From the NCBI GenBank assembly GCA_965644495.1, contig CBFFSA010000003.1, forward strand, positions 868,001 to 932,000: a DNA stretch of 64,000 nt. The letters run 5' to 3'. Origin of the DNA: Perkinsela sp. CCAP 1560/9. Taxonomy: Eukaryota; Protista; Euglenozoa: Kinetoplastea. A program made the position numbers and the translations under genes. Each line of letters starts with the position of its first letter. Position 1 is the stretch's first letter. The notes under the pieces were generated by a model. It did not search any database. It saw only the letters and a list, made by a program, of their open reading frames with translations, and was not told the origin of the DNA. Shown piece after piece: positions 31,379 to 42,317 of this stretch.

Positions 31379-32884
31379 ATGACAGAAGCCTACAATGCAG
31401 TGTCCGTCGCGGTTGATCAAGTTCATTCACATTCTGAAACTTCAATGAGTTCGGATGCGTCCAAAGTGGGTTCGTCGGGTCAAACTTTTACCGTCCCATG
31501 CTCCGTCGCTCCTGTAGACCTTGACTCTGACTCAGCCGCAGATGTCAGCCAAGGTGATTCTGCAAGTCAAGATCCTCAAACTGAAATAAAGGCAACTTCA
31601 GCAGAGAAGAGCACTGACCCGAACTTCAAACAACCTTCGGCTCCTTACCGTGTCTTTCACAAATACATAGCACAGTCCAAGACAAAACCCGTGGAGTTCT
31701 GGGTTACAAACGACTACAAAGTGTACAAGCAGATTGGAAACGGTTCCTATGGCGTTGTAGTGAAGGCGCAGCACCTTCCTTCGAAACGAACCGTTGCAAT
31801 TAAACAGATTACTCTTCCCGCACGGATTACCTCACGTATTCCGCATGTACTCTCCGATTTTGACATCGTTGCATCCCGCACCTTACGTGAAATTCGCATC
31901 GTCCGCTTTCTGCAACATCAACTCACCCTCGAGGGGGTGACCATGGAAAACTTCATCGCGCTAAAAGATATCCTACAACTGCGCTCTCGCAACGTTGAGC
32001 GGATCTACACCGTACACCAACTGATGTCCAGTGATCTACACACGGTGTTACGCAACCCTCGACAGGGGCTCACGGACGACCACGTGCAGTACATTCTCTA
32101 CAGTCTGCTGCGCGCGGTGAACTACCTTCACAGCGCGGGGATCGCTCATCGTGATATTAAACCTCAAAACATTCTGGTCAACGACAGCTGTGACACCGTG
32201 ATTTGTGATTTCGGCCTCGCGCGTGAGATCTCGGATGATGACATGACGGTGTATGTCGAGACCCGGTGGTACAGGGCCCCCGAGCTTATTATGGGTTTAC
32301 AAGCGTATGATGAAAAAGTGGATATCTGGTCTCTGGGCTGCGTGATGGCAGAGATGATGATGGACGCGGGTCACCGTAAGCCGCTGTGGCGCGGTAGCAA
32401 CGCAAAGGATCAGCTGGATCAAATCCTTTGTACTCTCGGAGTCCCGAGTGAGGCACGAGTTGGGGATCTGGGCACCCCATCGGCTCGGGCGTATCTGGCT
32501 AAGATGCGTGCGATGGACTACATCCCGACGAGCTCCCAACTTGCACGTCGACTGTCACCGGGAGCGAACCCGATGGCGCTTGATCTGCTCTCTCAGCTTT
32601 TGTCCTTCGTTCCTTCGGAACGCCCAAGTGCGGCGGACTGTCTGACCCATCCCTTCTTTGAGGGGTTGCATGACACAGGAGATGAGCCACGGTGCTCTGC
32701 GGCCTACACGGACCCCGAGCTGGACTCTCTGCTCTCTACGGAGATTACCTCCTTCGCACGCAGTCGCGGACTTCAAGAGATGTTGTATGAGGAGATGCTA
32801 CGGTTTCACCCCGAGCTCATCGGTGTGAATCCTCCAGAGGATGCGCCACCAAAGGAAAGTGGGATCGATTCTCTCATGATTTGA
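31379..32884 (+). CDS. mitogen-activated protein kinase (TVY activation loop)
   Basis: IGNGSYGVV, RTLREI, HRDIKPQN, CDFGLAR, MTVYVETRWYRAPE, LHDTGDEP (CD site). Confidence 0.95.
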   Translation: MTEAYNAVSVAVDQVHSHSETSMSSDASKVGSSGQTFTVPCSVAPVDLDSDSAADVSQGDSASQDPQTEIKATSAEKSTDPNFKQPSAPYRVFHKYIAQSKTKPVEFWVTNDYKVYKQIGNGSYGVVVKAQHLPSKRTVAIKQITLPARITSRIPHVLSDFDIVASRTLREIRIVRFLQHQLTLEGVTMENFIALKDILQLRSRNVERIYTVHQLMSSDLHTVLRNPRQGLTDDHVQYILYSLLRAVNYLHSAGIAHRDIKPQNILVNDSCDTVICDFGLAREISDDDMTVYVETRWYRAPELIMGLQAYDEKVDIWSLGCVMAEMMMDAGHRKPLWRGSNAKDQLDQILCTLGVPSEARVGDLGTPSARAYLAKMRAMDYIPTSSQLARRLSPGANPMALDLLSQLLSFVPSERPSAADCLTHPFFEGLHDTGDEPRCSAAYTDPELDSLLSTEITSFARSRGLQEMLYEEMLRFHPELIGVNPPEDAPPKESGIDSLMI

Positions 32885-33127
32885 TCTGGCTCCGTTCTTA
32901 GACACTCTTATGGATTTCTTGACAAGGGAGACCCCCTAGAATGGTTTTGAGTACAATACAGTATTCTTTCAATCTCAATCCTTTTCCTCTGTGCAATGTA
33001 TCTTATTACTCTTTCACACACAAGACACCTCATTTGATACAAACTCTCAGAATTTGTTTCGATACGAAGCTCTTTTTCCATTTTTTCCCTTCTCTTTTTC
33101 ATGTAGCCCTCCTGGCTTCCCAAACCA

Positions 33128-34591
33128 ATGAACTGGTGGCTTGTTGTCGTCGCTGCCGTGGCCGTCGTCCTCCTCCTGGGTCTCTCCATCTACTCCCTTC
33201 TCCTTTACATCGCTCGCGAGGAGAACGCCCAGGCGTGGATCCCGAAAACCGCCGTGGTCCTTGGCCTCACCCTCTCCGGTCTTAACGTTCTTCTCCTCCC
33301 CTACGATGTCGCGAATCGACAAAATTTTACCGAACTCGCCTCGCTCGGAGGGGGCATCGATACCGCCATGCTGTGGCAAATTCTCTTCTGGAGCACAGCT
33401 CTGTTTTCCATTGTCCTGATCCCTTTCTGTATCTTCTACTACGAAGCCTGGGACCCGGAGCAGTCCTCCGCGCTGAAACAGCTTCCCTCAGCGATCGGGT
33501 TCACTCTACTCGCACTGACAGGCTTTATTGCCTTAACCCTGATTCTGTGGTTCACTGTGGGGTACGTGGAGCTTCCGTATCAACATTATGTGGCAGAGAG
33601 TTCTGAAGCGATTCTAAAAGCAACAGAAGCTGCTGCAGCTGGCGGAGCAGCGGATGAAGAGAAAACGGTTTCTTCAAATGTCTTCTCTCGTACCTCTGGA
33701 ATGTTACAACTCCGTGCGAGTGTCTTTGTGTACGCCGTGGCGTTGCTCAGTACGCTCGGGTGGGTTTGTTTCGTGATCTTTGGAGGTATCGGGCTGGCTG
33801 CGCTTCCGATGGACCACATGGAGGCCTGGATTCACCGTCCCCGGGCACTCTCCCTGGAGACCTATGCCGCAGCCCGGCAGCATCTCGCGGAGGCGACCCG
33901 ACGGTTGCTAGACGCGGGCCAAAGGCTGCGCGAGGCTTCGGCATCGACCCAGAAGAAACGTTCATGGAAAAAGAAAGTGAGTCGATTGCGTGGGGATGTG
34001 CAAAAAGTAGAAGACGCACACAAGGCGCTGGAGGTCGCGTATAAGGAACGTGGAGGGTCACCCCTGGTCGCGGGCCTCCACCTAGGGGTGGGGATCCTGT
34101 GTGCCGTGCTGTCGCTCCTGTGGGTTTTGCATATCGTTTTGCATAATCTTACGCGCCTACACTCGTTTCTAAACGTTGTGTTTGTGCAACTGGACTCGGT
34201 TTTCTCTTTGCTAGGTCTGGGGGCGTATGCGATTATGAGTTTTTACTTGCTTTGGGCCGTCGTGCGTGGCATTTTCCGGGTGGGGGTGAGGTTGCCATTT
34301 TTATCCGTCTACCCGATGAAGCTCGGAGACACTCTTATGAACGCTTTTTTGTTTAACACTCTCATTATACTTTTGTGCTCCGTTACGTTATCGCAATTTT
34401 GCGCGTATTCGTTTCGTGAGTACGCAGCGAATACAGCGGCAGATACAATGTTTTCCGTATATGTAATTCACATTCGAGGGATCGGACATATAATGCGGTT
34501 TATGCCTTACCTGCTTTTAGGGTTCTTGGCACTTGGTATTGTTTATTCGTTATTGTTTCCTAGTCTTACCAGGGATAGGCATAAAAGATAA
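33128..34591 (+). CDS. LMBR1-like multi-pass membrane protein
   Basis: VLLLPYDVAN, LIPFCIFYYE, FGGIGLAALP.D...RP, YPMKLGDTLMNAFLFN; ~9 hydrophobic segments. Confidence 0.9.
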   Translation: MNWWLVVVAAVAVVLLLGLSIYSLLLYIAREENAQAWIPKTAVVLGLTLSGLNVLLLPYDVANRQNFTELASLGGGIDTAMLWQILFWSTALFSIVLIPFCIFYYEAWDPEQSSALKQLPSAIGFTLLALTGFIALTLILWFTVGYVELPYQHYVAESSEAILKATEAAAAGGAADEEKTVSSNVFSRTSGMLQLRASVFVYAVALLSTLGWVCFVIFGGIGLAALPMDHMEAWIHRPRALSLETYAAARQHLAEATRRLLDAGQRLREASASTQKKRSWKKKVSRLRGDVQKVEDAHKALEVAYKERGGSPLVAGLHLGVGILCAVLSLLWVLHIVLHNLTRLHSFLNVVFVQLDSVFSLLGLGAYAIMSFYLLWAVVRGIFRVGVRLPFLSVYPMKLGDTLMNAFLFNTLIILLCSVTLSQFCAYSFREYAANTAADTMFSVYVIHIRGIGHIMRFMPYLLLGFLALGIVYSLLFPSLTRDRHKR

Positions 34592-34842
34592 TCCTTGAAG
34601 CATTAGTACTTAACCCCCCATCAATCGTATTCAGGTTTCCAGTCTCGTTCTTACACGTTAGTAAAATTGTTGACTCTCCATTTAGAAAAGCCTAATTTTG
34701 TCTCCAATTCAATTTATTTTTCCTTAAAACATTACTCTTTGTAAAGCAAGAACACTGCGGTCTCGTTCTACAGTTGCATATGCAATATTTGTCTACTGCG
34801 TCCTCTTCCTCTACCCTTTTTTTAATCTGATATTTCTAGAAC

Positions 34843-35442
34843 ATGGTTTATTTTTCCGTTGCAAGCACCGCGGACGATATGCCGTCGGCTCGACTCGGGA
34901 AAATACGCGGTGTTAACTTGCCAGTGGAATACAAACTCGAGAAGTTGATAAAAGGGATACAGAACCCTCATTCCTCATGGAGTACAAGCACGCCTGCATG
35001 TGAATGGGATGGGGTAGACTGTAATGATGAAGATGAAGTGGATTGTATAAACTGGACCAATCGCGGACTACGGGGCACGTTGGATTGGAAACACATTCCA
35101 GAAACAGTAAGAAGTGGTTATGTTAGGATTAATAAAATTGAGGGAACACTTGAACTATCAGCACTTCCACGTGGATTAGAAAAGTTTTGGGCAGAAGACA
35201 ACAAACTTTATGGGCCTCTTCAATTTTCTGACCTTCCACCCAGCCTAAAAATACTTAATTTGAGCGACAATAACTTTGTTGGAAATGTTGATTTCTCTAA
35301 CCTTCCATCCGAGCTTACGGGCCTGAATATTTCGAACAACAAACATTTGAGTGGTACTTTGTGTCTGAAAAATATTCCTTCCACTTTAGCCTACAGGAAC
35401 GTTGCGTGCACGAAAATAACAGAGGTCGCAACTATTTTATAA
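34843..35442 (+). CDS. leucine-rich repeat protein
   Basis: ACEWDGVDC N-cap; LRGTLDWKHIP, IEGTLELSALP, LYGPLQFSDLPPSLKILNLSDNNFVGNVDFSNLP. Confidence 0.9.
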   Translation: MVYFSVASTADDMPSARLGKIRGVNLPVEYKLEKLIKGIQNPHSSWSTSTPACEWDGVDCNDEDEVDCINWTNRGLRGTLDWKHIPETVRSGYVRINKIEGTLELSALPRGLEKFWAEDNKLYGPLQFSDLPPSLKILNLSDNNFVGNVDFSNLPSELTGLNISNNKHLSGTLCLKNIPSTLAYRNVACTKITEVATIL

Positions 35443-35490
35443 TACTATTATAGTACTATAAACTTCGAAACACTATATTTTTATTAAATA

Positions 35491-36421
35491 AACCCCTCCG
35501 CACCAATAAGGCACCCACCCTTAACTTTTCAGCCAATTGTCCGCTTGGGCTGATTTTTATTGCATTTTGCAGATCTCAACACAAAGACTTTGCGCGTGAA
35601 GAAATGAGACAAAAAGAAACGAATACGTATATTTTAGGTAGAGATTGCCATTTTGTCACTTTTTCTCCGTTACTCGCCACACAAGCTTTGAGGCGAGCAT
35701 CGAAGCTCTAAACCGAATCATCAATATATTCTTGAGAAAATTTACGCCAAGCTTTACGTACGCTTTTTATGAGATTTCGAGTTGCAGGATTGTATTCATC
35801 TACAAGATTTTGTACTATGCTCCACACGTTTTCTATTGGTGAGAGATCGTGGGAGTTGAGCTGACAATTTTTCAATAATTTCATGTTGCCGTCCTCAAGG
35901 TACGCTTTTGTATCCTTGGCAGTCTAAGGTGTTGCCCCATCTTGCTGAAAAATACAGTTTGAGGGGAATGGCACTTTTTTTAATGTTTTAATGTACGAAA
36001 CACATGTAATTGAGATGGGTGGGAGAACAACAAGGTGTCTTTTGATTCTGTTTTTTACTTCAGGGCCCAGAGTATAAACATTTTCAGGCGAATTGTTTTT
36101 CAAATATTTTCGAATATGTTTCACATTGACATTAAACTCGCGGGCTACTTGCCTTATCGCAACCCCTTGGCCAAGCCTCATGCGCAATAACACTTTTCCA
36201 CTTTCTGTAAGACCACCCCTGGGGAGTCGATACGTATTTCTTGGCATGAAAAGTGATTTTCTTTAAAATATAAATTCAACTTTTTTTTATTTTTCGAAAT
36301 GACCTAAAGACAACGGGAACGAACAGATCTCAAAATTTTGCACGATAAAGTGGTGGGATAACCCCCCTAGCCCCACTCGTGCAAAAAATAAGGGTGGGTA
36401 CCTTTTTGATGCGGAGGGATT
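35491..36421 (-). mobile_element. internally deleted Tc1-like element (DD35E), 931 bp, with TIRs and TA TSD
   Basis: Imperfect ~33-bp TIR aacccctccgcaccaataaggcacccaccctta, TA on both sides. The HTH ORF is joined directly to FQQDGATP*TAK...NSHDLSPIENVW...VRKAWRKFSQ. Confidence 0.9.
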
Positions 36422-36526
36422 TATAAAAACCATTTTATATTAAAGCCATATTTTTCTATAAGATTCATGTTTCTCTTAACGCTTAAAGTTTAGTAGGAAT
36501 TTAGTAAAAATCATTGCAATAATAAT

Positions 36527-36598
36527 TACTGTTCTCCCCCCACATATAGTACCGTTTGGTCGAAAACCGCGGCACTATAAGTGGGGGGGTCACAGTAA
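36527..36598. mobile_element. tiny MITE-like inverted repeat (TACTGT..CCCCC family)
   Basis: tactgttctcccccacatatagtacc ... ggcactataagtgggggggtcacagta. Confidence 0.6.
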
Positions 36599-37094
36599 CG
36601 GAATAAACTTTCTGAAATCAGCTCATGAACGATTGATTTACAGGCGCTTTTTTGTAAAATACCGCATTGAAGCGGCTGGAAAAAAGATTTCAGTGCATCT
36701 CAAATCTCTTGTCGAATTTTAACGTCCGAATTTTGATTTCCTCTTTTTGCAGCATAGAAGATTTTGTCTACCTTTTTCGTTCAACCTTTTAGGTTGAATG
36801 GGTTGTTTAATATCACTATTGCTATTTAGCATACCTGTGACCTGGTACCACACCGGGGGGTATGGTATCGTGACCCGGGGCCGATAGCATACCCCCCCTT
36901 AGTTCTTCAGGCAGACAACATACATGTTCATATGTATGATATCAACTTCTTGTTCGAGGTGGCCCACGTAGATCATAACCCTACAGCATTATTTGTCTGT
37001 TTTCTTTACTATTTATAGCGTTTTTTCACTTCTATGACTTTTTGTTGGTGATATTATTAACGTCCACTGGTAACTTATGCTGGTAATCACTTTT

Positions 37095-37722
37095 GGTTCA
37101 CCGGCACTATAAATGTAGGTTGAAAACAAGTAAAATTTGCTTGAACGATCATGCCCAAAAGGACTCAAGAAAAAGTTTTTGATCTTTCGTTGATCTCTTT
37201 TCTTATTTATTTTTTTAGCTTACTTACCAGACCACACGTTTTTTCGATCAGATGTGCCCCCTACCTTTAATGGTAAGACCCCAAAAAACGTCCGAAATAT
37301 GGGGAGAATACGAAATATGGGGAGAATACGAAATATGGGGAGAATCGGGTATTTGTCCCAAAAGTTGGATTATTCTGGATCGTTTCGCAATTTTTTCCTT
37401 TTTAGTCTCTTCATTAAACGCGGAAGCAGTTCTCAACGCGAAGGGGGTAGCCGTGGTGGCTTCCAAGAGGGTTCAAACTGGATGGGAGTGTCTGGGAACG
37501 CCTGGGAGCGCACCTTATCCTTTTTACAGGTCACCAATACCAAGTAGACCAATGTAGTATATCCTGGGCGGTCCATTGAGCATTCCAAGCATTGAAATAT
37601 AAGTTGGAACGTCACGAGTATGAGTGGAAACGTTTTTAAAAGTCACGTAAAAGTTTTTTCGAGCGGAAAAAAATCATCAGAAAAAAATGGATTTTAACCT
37701 ACATTTATAGTGCCGGTTACCC
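37095..37722. mobile_element. MITE (628 bp) with GG-terminal ~30-bp TIRs and 8-bp TSD, Merlin-like
   Basis: TIR ggttcaccggcactataaatgtaggtt / aacctacatttatagtgccggttaccc; TSD TCACTTTT (37087-37094, 37723-37730); internal 18-bp tandem repeat x3 (gaaatatggggagaatac). Confidence 0.85.
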
Positions 37723-37919
37723 TCACTTTTTTACAATTTTAGTCCAACAATTTACCTACATTGAGCCTGTAGCCTGTAGTCTGTGCCCTGTTACCATACA
37801 TGCGATCTCGTACCATACCGTGGGGGTATGGTAAACCGGATGCTCCTTTACAATCATGCCTTTGAAAATAATACGCGGCGAAGCGGCGCGCTTTTTTTTT
37901 TGAGGGAGGAGATTTCTTA

Positions 37920-37982
37920 CCCTTCCCTATTTAGTGTTGAATTTTGCCGAATTTCACTCAACACTAAATAGGGGGGACAGTA
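37920..37982. repeat. short inverted-repeat element
   Basis: ccctatttagtgttga ... tcaacactaaataggg; the same arm recurs at 38500-38550. Confidence 0.7.
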
Positions 37983-38865
37983 ATTTTAGGCTCTTCGTTA
38001 AACGCGGTGGTTGTTTTCAACGTAGAAGTCACTCATGCTGCGCGCTTCGCGTTGAAAACTACCTCCGAGATGAGCGATGAATCACCAAACGAGTGCTCAA
38101 GAGAAACTGCAAAATTCATAAATGAAGCGGAATTCTGCAAAGAGAGAGAAGCCTGGAACAAAACTAAAAAAGATGCCTATAATCATGCATTCGCGAGTAA
38201 GGTATTCAGGTACTCAAATGAGTACCAAGGGCCTTGAGTACCCGAGTACCGTACGCATGGTACTCGGCGTTACCCGCAGCACAAAATACGGGAGTTAGAA
38301 AAATATCATTGCTATATCGGAAGAAATTGGATAGTACTGTCACCCCCTTTTATATTTCAGAGGGTGATTCTTCCCTTTATACCTACATTTTCATTCCAGA
38401 CAATGAATCAGGACTCCTTTTATACTTCCATCCAAGAAACTTACACTTCCCTCAACCGTCATTTTTTTGTCATCAACCAAGGAAGAGAACTCAGGTGCTG
38501 TCCCCCCCTATTTACTATTGAGTGTTCTACCCCCCCTATTTAGTGTTGAAATTTTTAGGCTTGGTACGTATGAGTGCCGCGAAGCGGCGCCTTTTTTTTA
38601 CTTTTTGCTTATTATTCGTGACATTTTACCAATTGCTATTTTTTATACAGGTATGTAATAACTTTTTACTGTTACTACTATTTATCATGTCAATTGGGCC
38701 ACTGACAGGCTGGATCAGGTCTCGAGAACCAGCCTCCCGAGTTGGACCCCTCGCCAACCCCTTAACATCTACCCCTACCCCATCATTCGCCACAGAACCC
38801 CCTCATCATACGAAAAAGAGCCTTTCGATGGAGGATAAGCTGTCGATCAGCAGATCGAGTGAATC

Positions 38866-39248
38866 GCGCGCCCCCCGCTAAATAGGGGGGGGAAGGTGGT
38901 AGTTATGGGGTATGGAGGCCTTCACGCAACTCCGGGGGCTTACCGGGAGCAAAGGTGAATTTATTGGGTACCTCGGCCAACCATCTTTACGTGCCATTTA
39001 CGGTTCTGTTGTGTAGACGGGTAAACAAGATCTAGGTTTAGTTTTTGGGTGTCACACTTTCACGTGACTCAGTGGCCCGGCCGGCCCCTCCGTGCGTTCG
39101 GCCTCTCATTTCCCCCAAAACAACTACCACCTTCCCCCCATTTATCAGGGGGCCGCTCGCGCGACCGCCGCTAAATAGGGGGGGAAGGTGGTAGTTGTGG
39201 GGTATGGAGGCCTCTCGCAACTCCGGGGCCTCACCGGGAGCAAAGGTG
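38866..39248. repeat. GC-rich fold-back repeat (one half copy plus one full copy); third copy at 63707-63905
   Basis: caactaccaccttcccccc...ggggggaaggtggtagttg core nested in ggcctc/gaggcc, tgcg/cgca, ggcccc/ggggcc and cccgg/ccggg stems. Confidence 0.85.
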
Positions 39249-39694
39249 CGCTCCCATAGCACCCCGCACCAACTTGGCAAAAGTTGAAATCCGTGCCTAA
39301 AACTTTATGCATGTGAATGTGCTGTTCCGATGTATAGGAATATTGCATAAGTATAGAAATATTGCAGAGCCGCTCTAATTTTTTTTTAACTTTTGAAAAA
39401 TTTCTCCTGGCAAGTTCCCACGTGTATTGGATCTTACAAATCCTTTTCCTTGTAGATAAGACTCCGAAGTACATACGCACATCACATTTTCTAAAAATGG
39501 AAAAGTTGCATATAGGGGATGACCCCGCCAAATTAGCCAAGAACAGGTGAAAATGGGCTTTTTTAAGCAATTTCCACGAAAAGTGGCCATTTTAGGGCAT
39601 TTTTGTAAGGGTCACCCCTTATATGTGAAGTCTTCATTGGAAGTAAAAGTAGTTCAAAGTGAAAGATTAGGGTACGTTGTAGCGTCCATACACG

Positions 39695-40650
39695 TTGTTG
39701 GCTGCACACATTTCCATTAACAAAAATGTTGTATTCGAACTCATGCAACATCATGGAGTATTCGAAAGCAGATCGGAAGGCTCTTTGTCCGAGAAATCGA
39801 AAGAACGGATCTACAAAAATTTTAAATATGCTTTTGTTTGGTCTTGGCAGCGTTTTGGGAGAAAACGCGTTATTGCACCTGCAGATGTTGAGGCGCACCT
39901 GCAGATTGTAGAGACGATAGAATCGTCTCTTGGTCGAGGCAGCTGTACACGCAGCATCGCGTTCGCCAATATAATTTTGGTTTTTTTGGGGGGACGAAAC
40001 TTCAGTTTTTCTTGATGGGGAGCCGCATGGCATGACCCTTGCTCCCGTTGGTACTGAATCAATAAAGATTTCTCAAACAAATGAAGGGGAGGCAGTGACG
40101 GTTTTTCTCGCCGGAATAGTGAACGTACAGACAGGTGCGGTTTGTCCTTTACCTCCCACTATAATATTTCGTTCTCAAGCGAAAACTTCGGAAACCTCAA
40201 GAATTTTGAGGGAGGTAAAGGTACTTTCTACATCTCTTTCCAGCAAAGTGTACGCTGACGTTACGGAGACTGGATGGATGCGCCAGCCCGTACTTGAAAA
40301 AATACTCACCCGATATATTGATTCAATAAATGACTCGAAACTCCCTACCGCCCTAATTGTGGATGATCATACGACCCATCAAACTACCTCTGTTCCTGTC
40401 AACTGCGACATGCATCGCATTCCAGGTGGTTACACGTCTCTCATTCAGGTACACGACCGATTTCTTAATTTTCACTTTAAACGTTTCTATGACGAGGAGT
40501 TGAAGATTTGGCGTGCTTTTTCAAAGTCGCGAGAAAGAATTGAAAAAGGGCAATGGATTTTATTTTGTCAGCCCATGATAAAACATGGGCCACATACCAC
40601 AGCCAAATGAGGAATGCTGTACATCGATACATCATAGATCCTATGATGGT
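39695..40650 (+). pseudogene. pogo-family (DDE_1, DD30D) transposase, frameshifted
   Basis: DETSVFLD (in frame upstream of 40032), VTVFLAG, PTIIF, GWM, LIVDDHTTH, IPGGYTSLIQVHD..LNFHFK; frameshift in the T/G homopolymers at ~39982-39993. Confidence 0.9.
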
Positions 40651-40681
40651 GTATCCTTGAGATTAGAAGCAAAAAAAGAAG

Positions 40682-41594
40682 ATGGGGGTACAGAAACACG
40701 GCAGACAAAAAATTTGTCGAAGAGTGAAACAAAAAAAAGACGAAGAGAAGGGCACAGAGTCTTCTTCCCAGGAGTCTACCTCTACTACGGAGCCACATGA
40801 AAATTCACTTACTTTCAACAGTACTTCCAACATGCTTAATACCCCCGATCTCGCAAGCCTCTACGTTCAAGGCACTACTCCTACCCCCCCAAAGAAAATA
40901 CCTGTTAAGATGCCCATTACGCCAGAGCTCGGGTCTTCTTTACTTCAAGCTTGTTTATCAAAAGGGTTCATCTCTTCTACCCGCTCTTCCGCGACGTCGC
41001 AAAAGGATATCTCTTCCACTCTCCCGCCTTCCGATATTTTACTTCACTCTACAAGATGTTCAAAGCCAGAAAGAAAGCCTAGCTCTTTAGATGATTCTGT
41101 GCTAACCGACGTTGACATAGCTGTCCCTGAAACAGTTCGCGATGCGTGGCGTCCATTGCGGCGACGCGGAGCAATGTTATATGGGCACACAGTTGATGCA
41201 TTATGTACCAAGGTTTTTAACTTATACAAATCGACTACGGGTGACGAGGATACGGAGTTTTGGTGCGTTTGGAGAACTGCGAAGCTTATGCAAGATGGAA
41301 CTTTGCCCATCCCGTCCTCCTTCCCCAAGAGAGTGTTTGCATGCTTGCATTACACTTATCATTTTGTACTTTTAATAAGTAGTGGGGCACTATATATGTG
41401 TCTTTGACAGCTTTCGTGGAATGAGTCCGCAGGCAGCCTCGGATAACTTGGACAAGTTTCGGCAGTACTGTGCCGCTCATGTGAATGATCGCCCACAGTC
41501 TTTCACGTTTCTGCACCCGAAGTGTCCACAGCAAGAACCAGGCGACAATACTTGTGGGTTACACGTCGTAAATAACCTTTATCGACAACTATAA
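40682..41594 (+). pseudogene. low-complexity linker plus Ulp1/C48 cysteine protease domain, frameshifted, contiguous with the pogo transposase
   Basis: HYTYHFVLL / YICVFDSF ... CPQQEPGDNTCGLHVV gives His-Asp-Gln-Cys in Ulp1 order; frameshift at ~41385-41400. Confidence 0.8.
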
Positions 41595-41704
41595 CTCTGT
41601 GTAACTGTGTAACTATAACTGTGTAACTATAACTCTGTGTCAAAAAGATTTTGACATGCGCTTAGTAGTATAGGACGGCATGCGCTAGTAGTATAGGACA
41701 GTAC

Positions 41705-41825
41705 TTTAAAGGCCCTCAAGAGCATTGGAAGCAATTTGCGGAAGATTTACGGTCACGTAACAGGACCCGGTTGGATGCAAGAGGATATTTTCTCTAAAAT
41801 TATGTCGACCTACATAGCACTTCTC
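41705..41825 (+). pseudogene. second short pogo transposase fragment
   Basis: LKSIGSNLRKIYGHVTGPGWMQEDIFSKIMSTYI parallels LSTSLSSKVYADVTETGWMRQPVLEKILTRYI. Confidence 0.65.
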
Positions 41826-42317
41826 TGATATTTAATTTAAAGTTCGTACGAATCTAAAGCGGAAGTTAGGAAAGTGATGTAGTGATAAAGAGGGTACGAC
41901 GATGTATACTATTATGCAGAAAGAAAAATGTTTGAACAAGTTATGACAATTTGTCGAATATTTTGAATGGTTAGAGATAGGAATCGTAACGATAAAACAT
42001 TCGTATATTCGTATAATAAAATAAACTATCCATAATGACGTAAGAAGCATACCGTATTGTCTCATGTATTTCTCGTAAACTAATGCTCAGAGCAGAAACC
42101 ATACATACTTTATGTAGACCCCCCGCGCACATTAGTTACATAGGATTTTGGCAACTAATAGGTGATATGTAACTAATAAGTGATTTTTTAATTGCTCGTA
42201 ACTAATAAGTGATTCTTCAAAACGTCGAATTCCAACTTTATTGGTTACGAGTAAAAGTTTTCACAGAAGAACTTTTGACGATACCTTGTCCCTCCGTTCT
42301 TGCTTTAAAAGTGCAAT

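Noticed and set aside
37252-37557. ORFs with EIWGEY / RNMGRI repeats
   Set aside because: Translations of an 18-bp tandem repeat inside a MITE.
38700-38850. Minus-strand LLIDSLSSIERL...LARGP resembling an ingi-type RNase H
   Set aside because: Too short and interrupted by stops.
40688-40697. gtacagaaac, the reverse complement of part of the SL core
   Set aside because: Only 10 bp inside the pogo linker; expected by chance.
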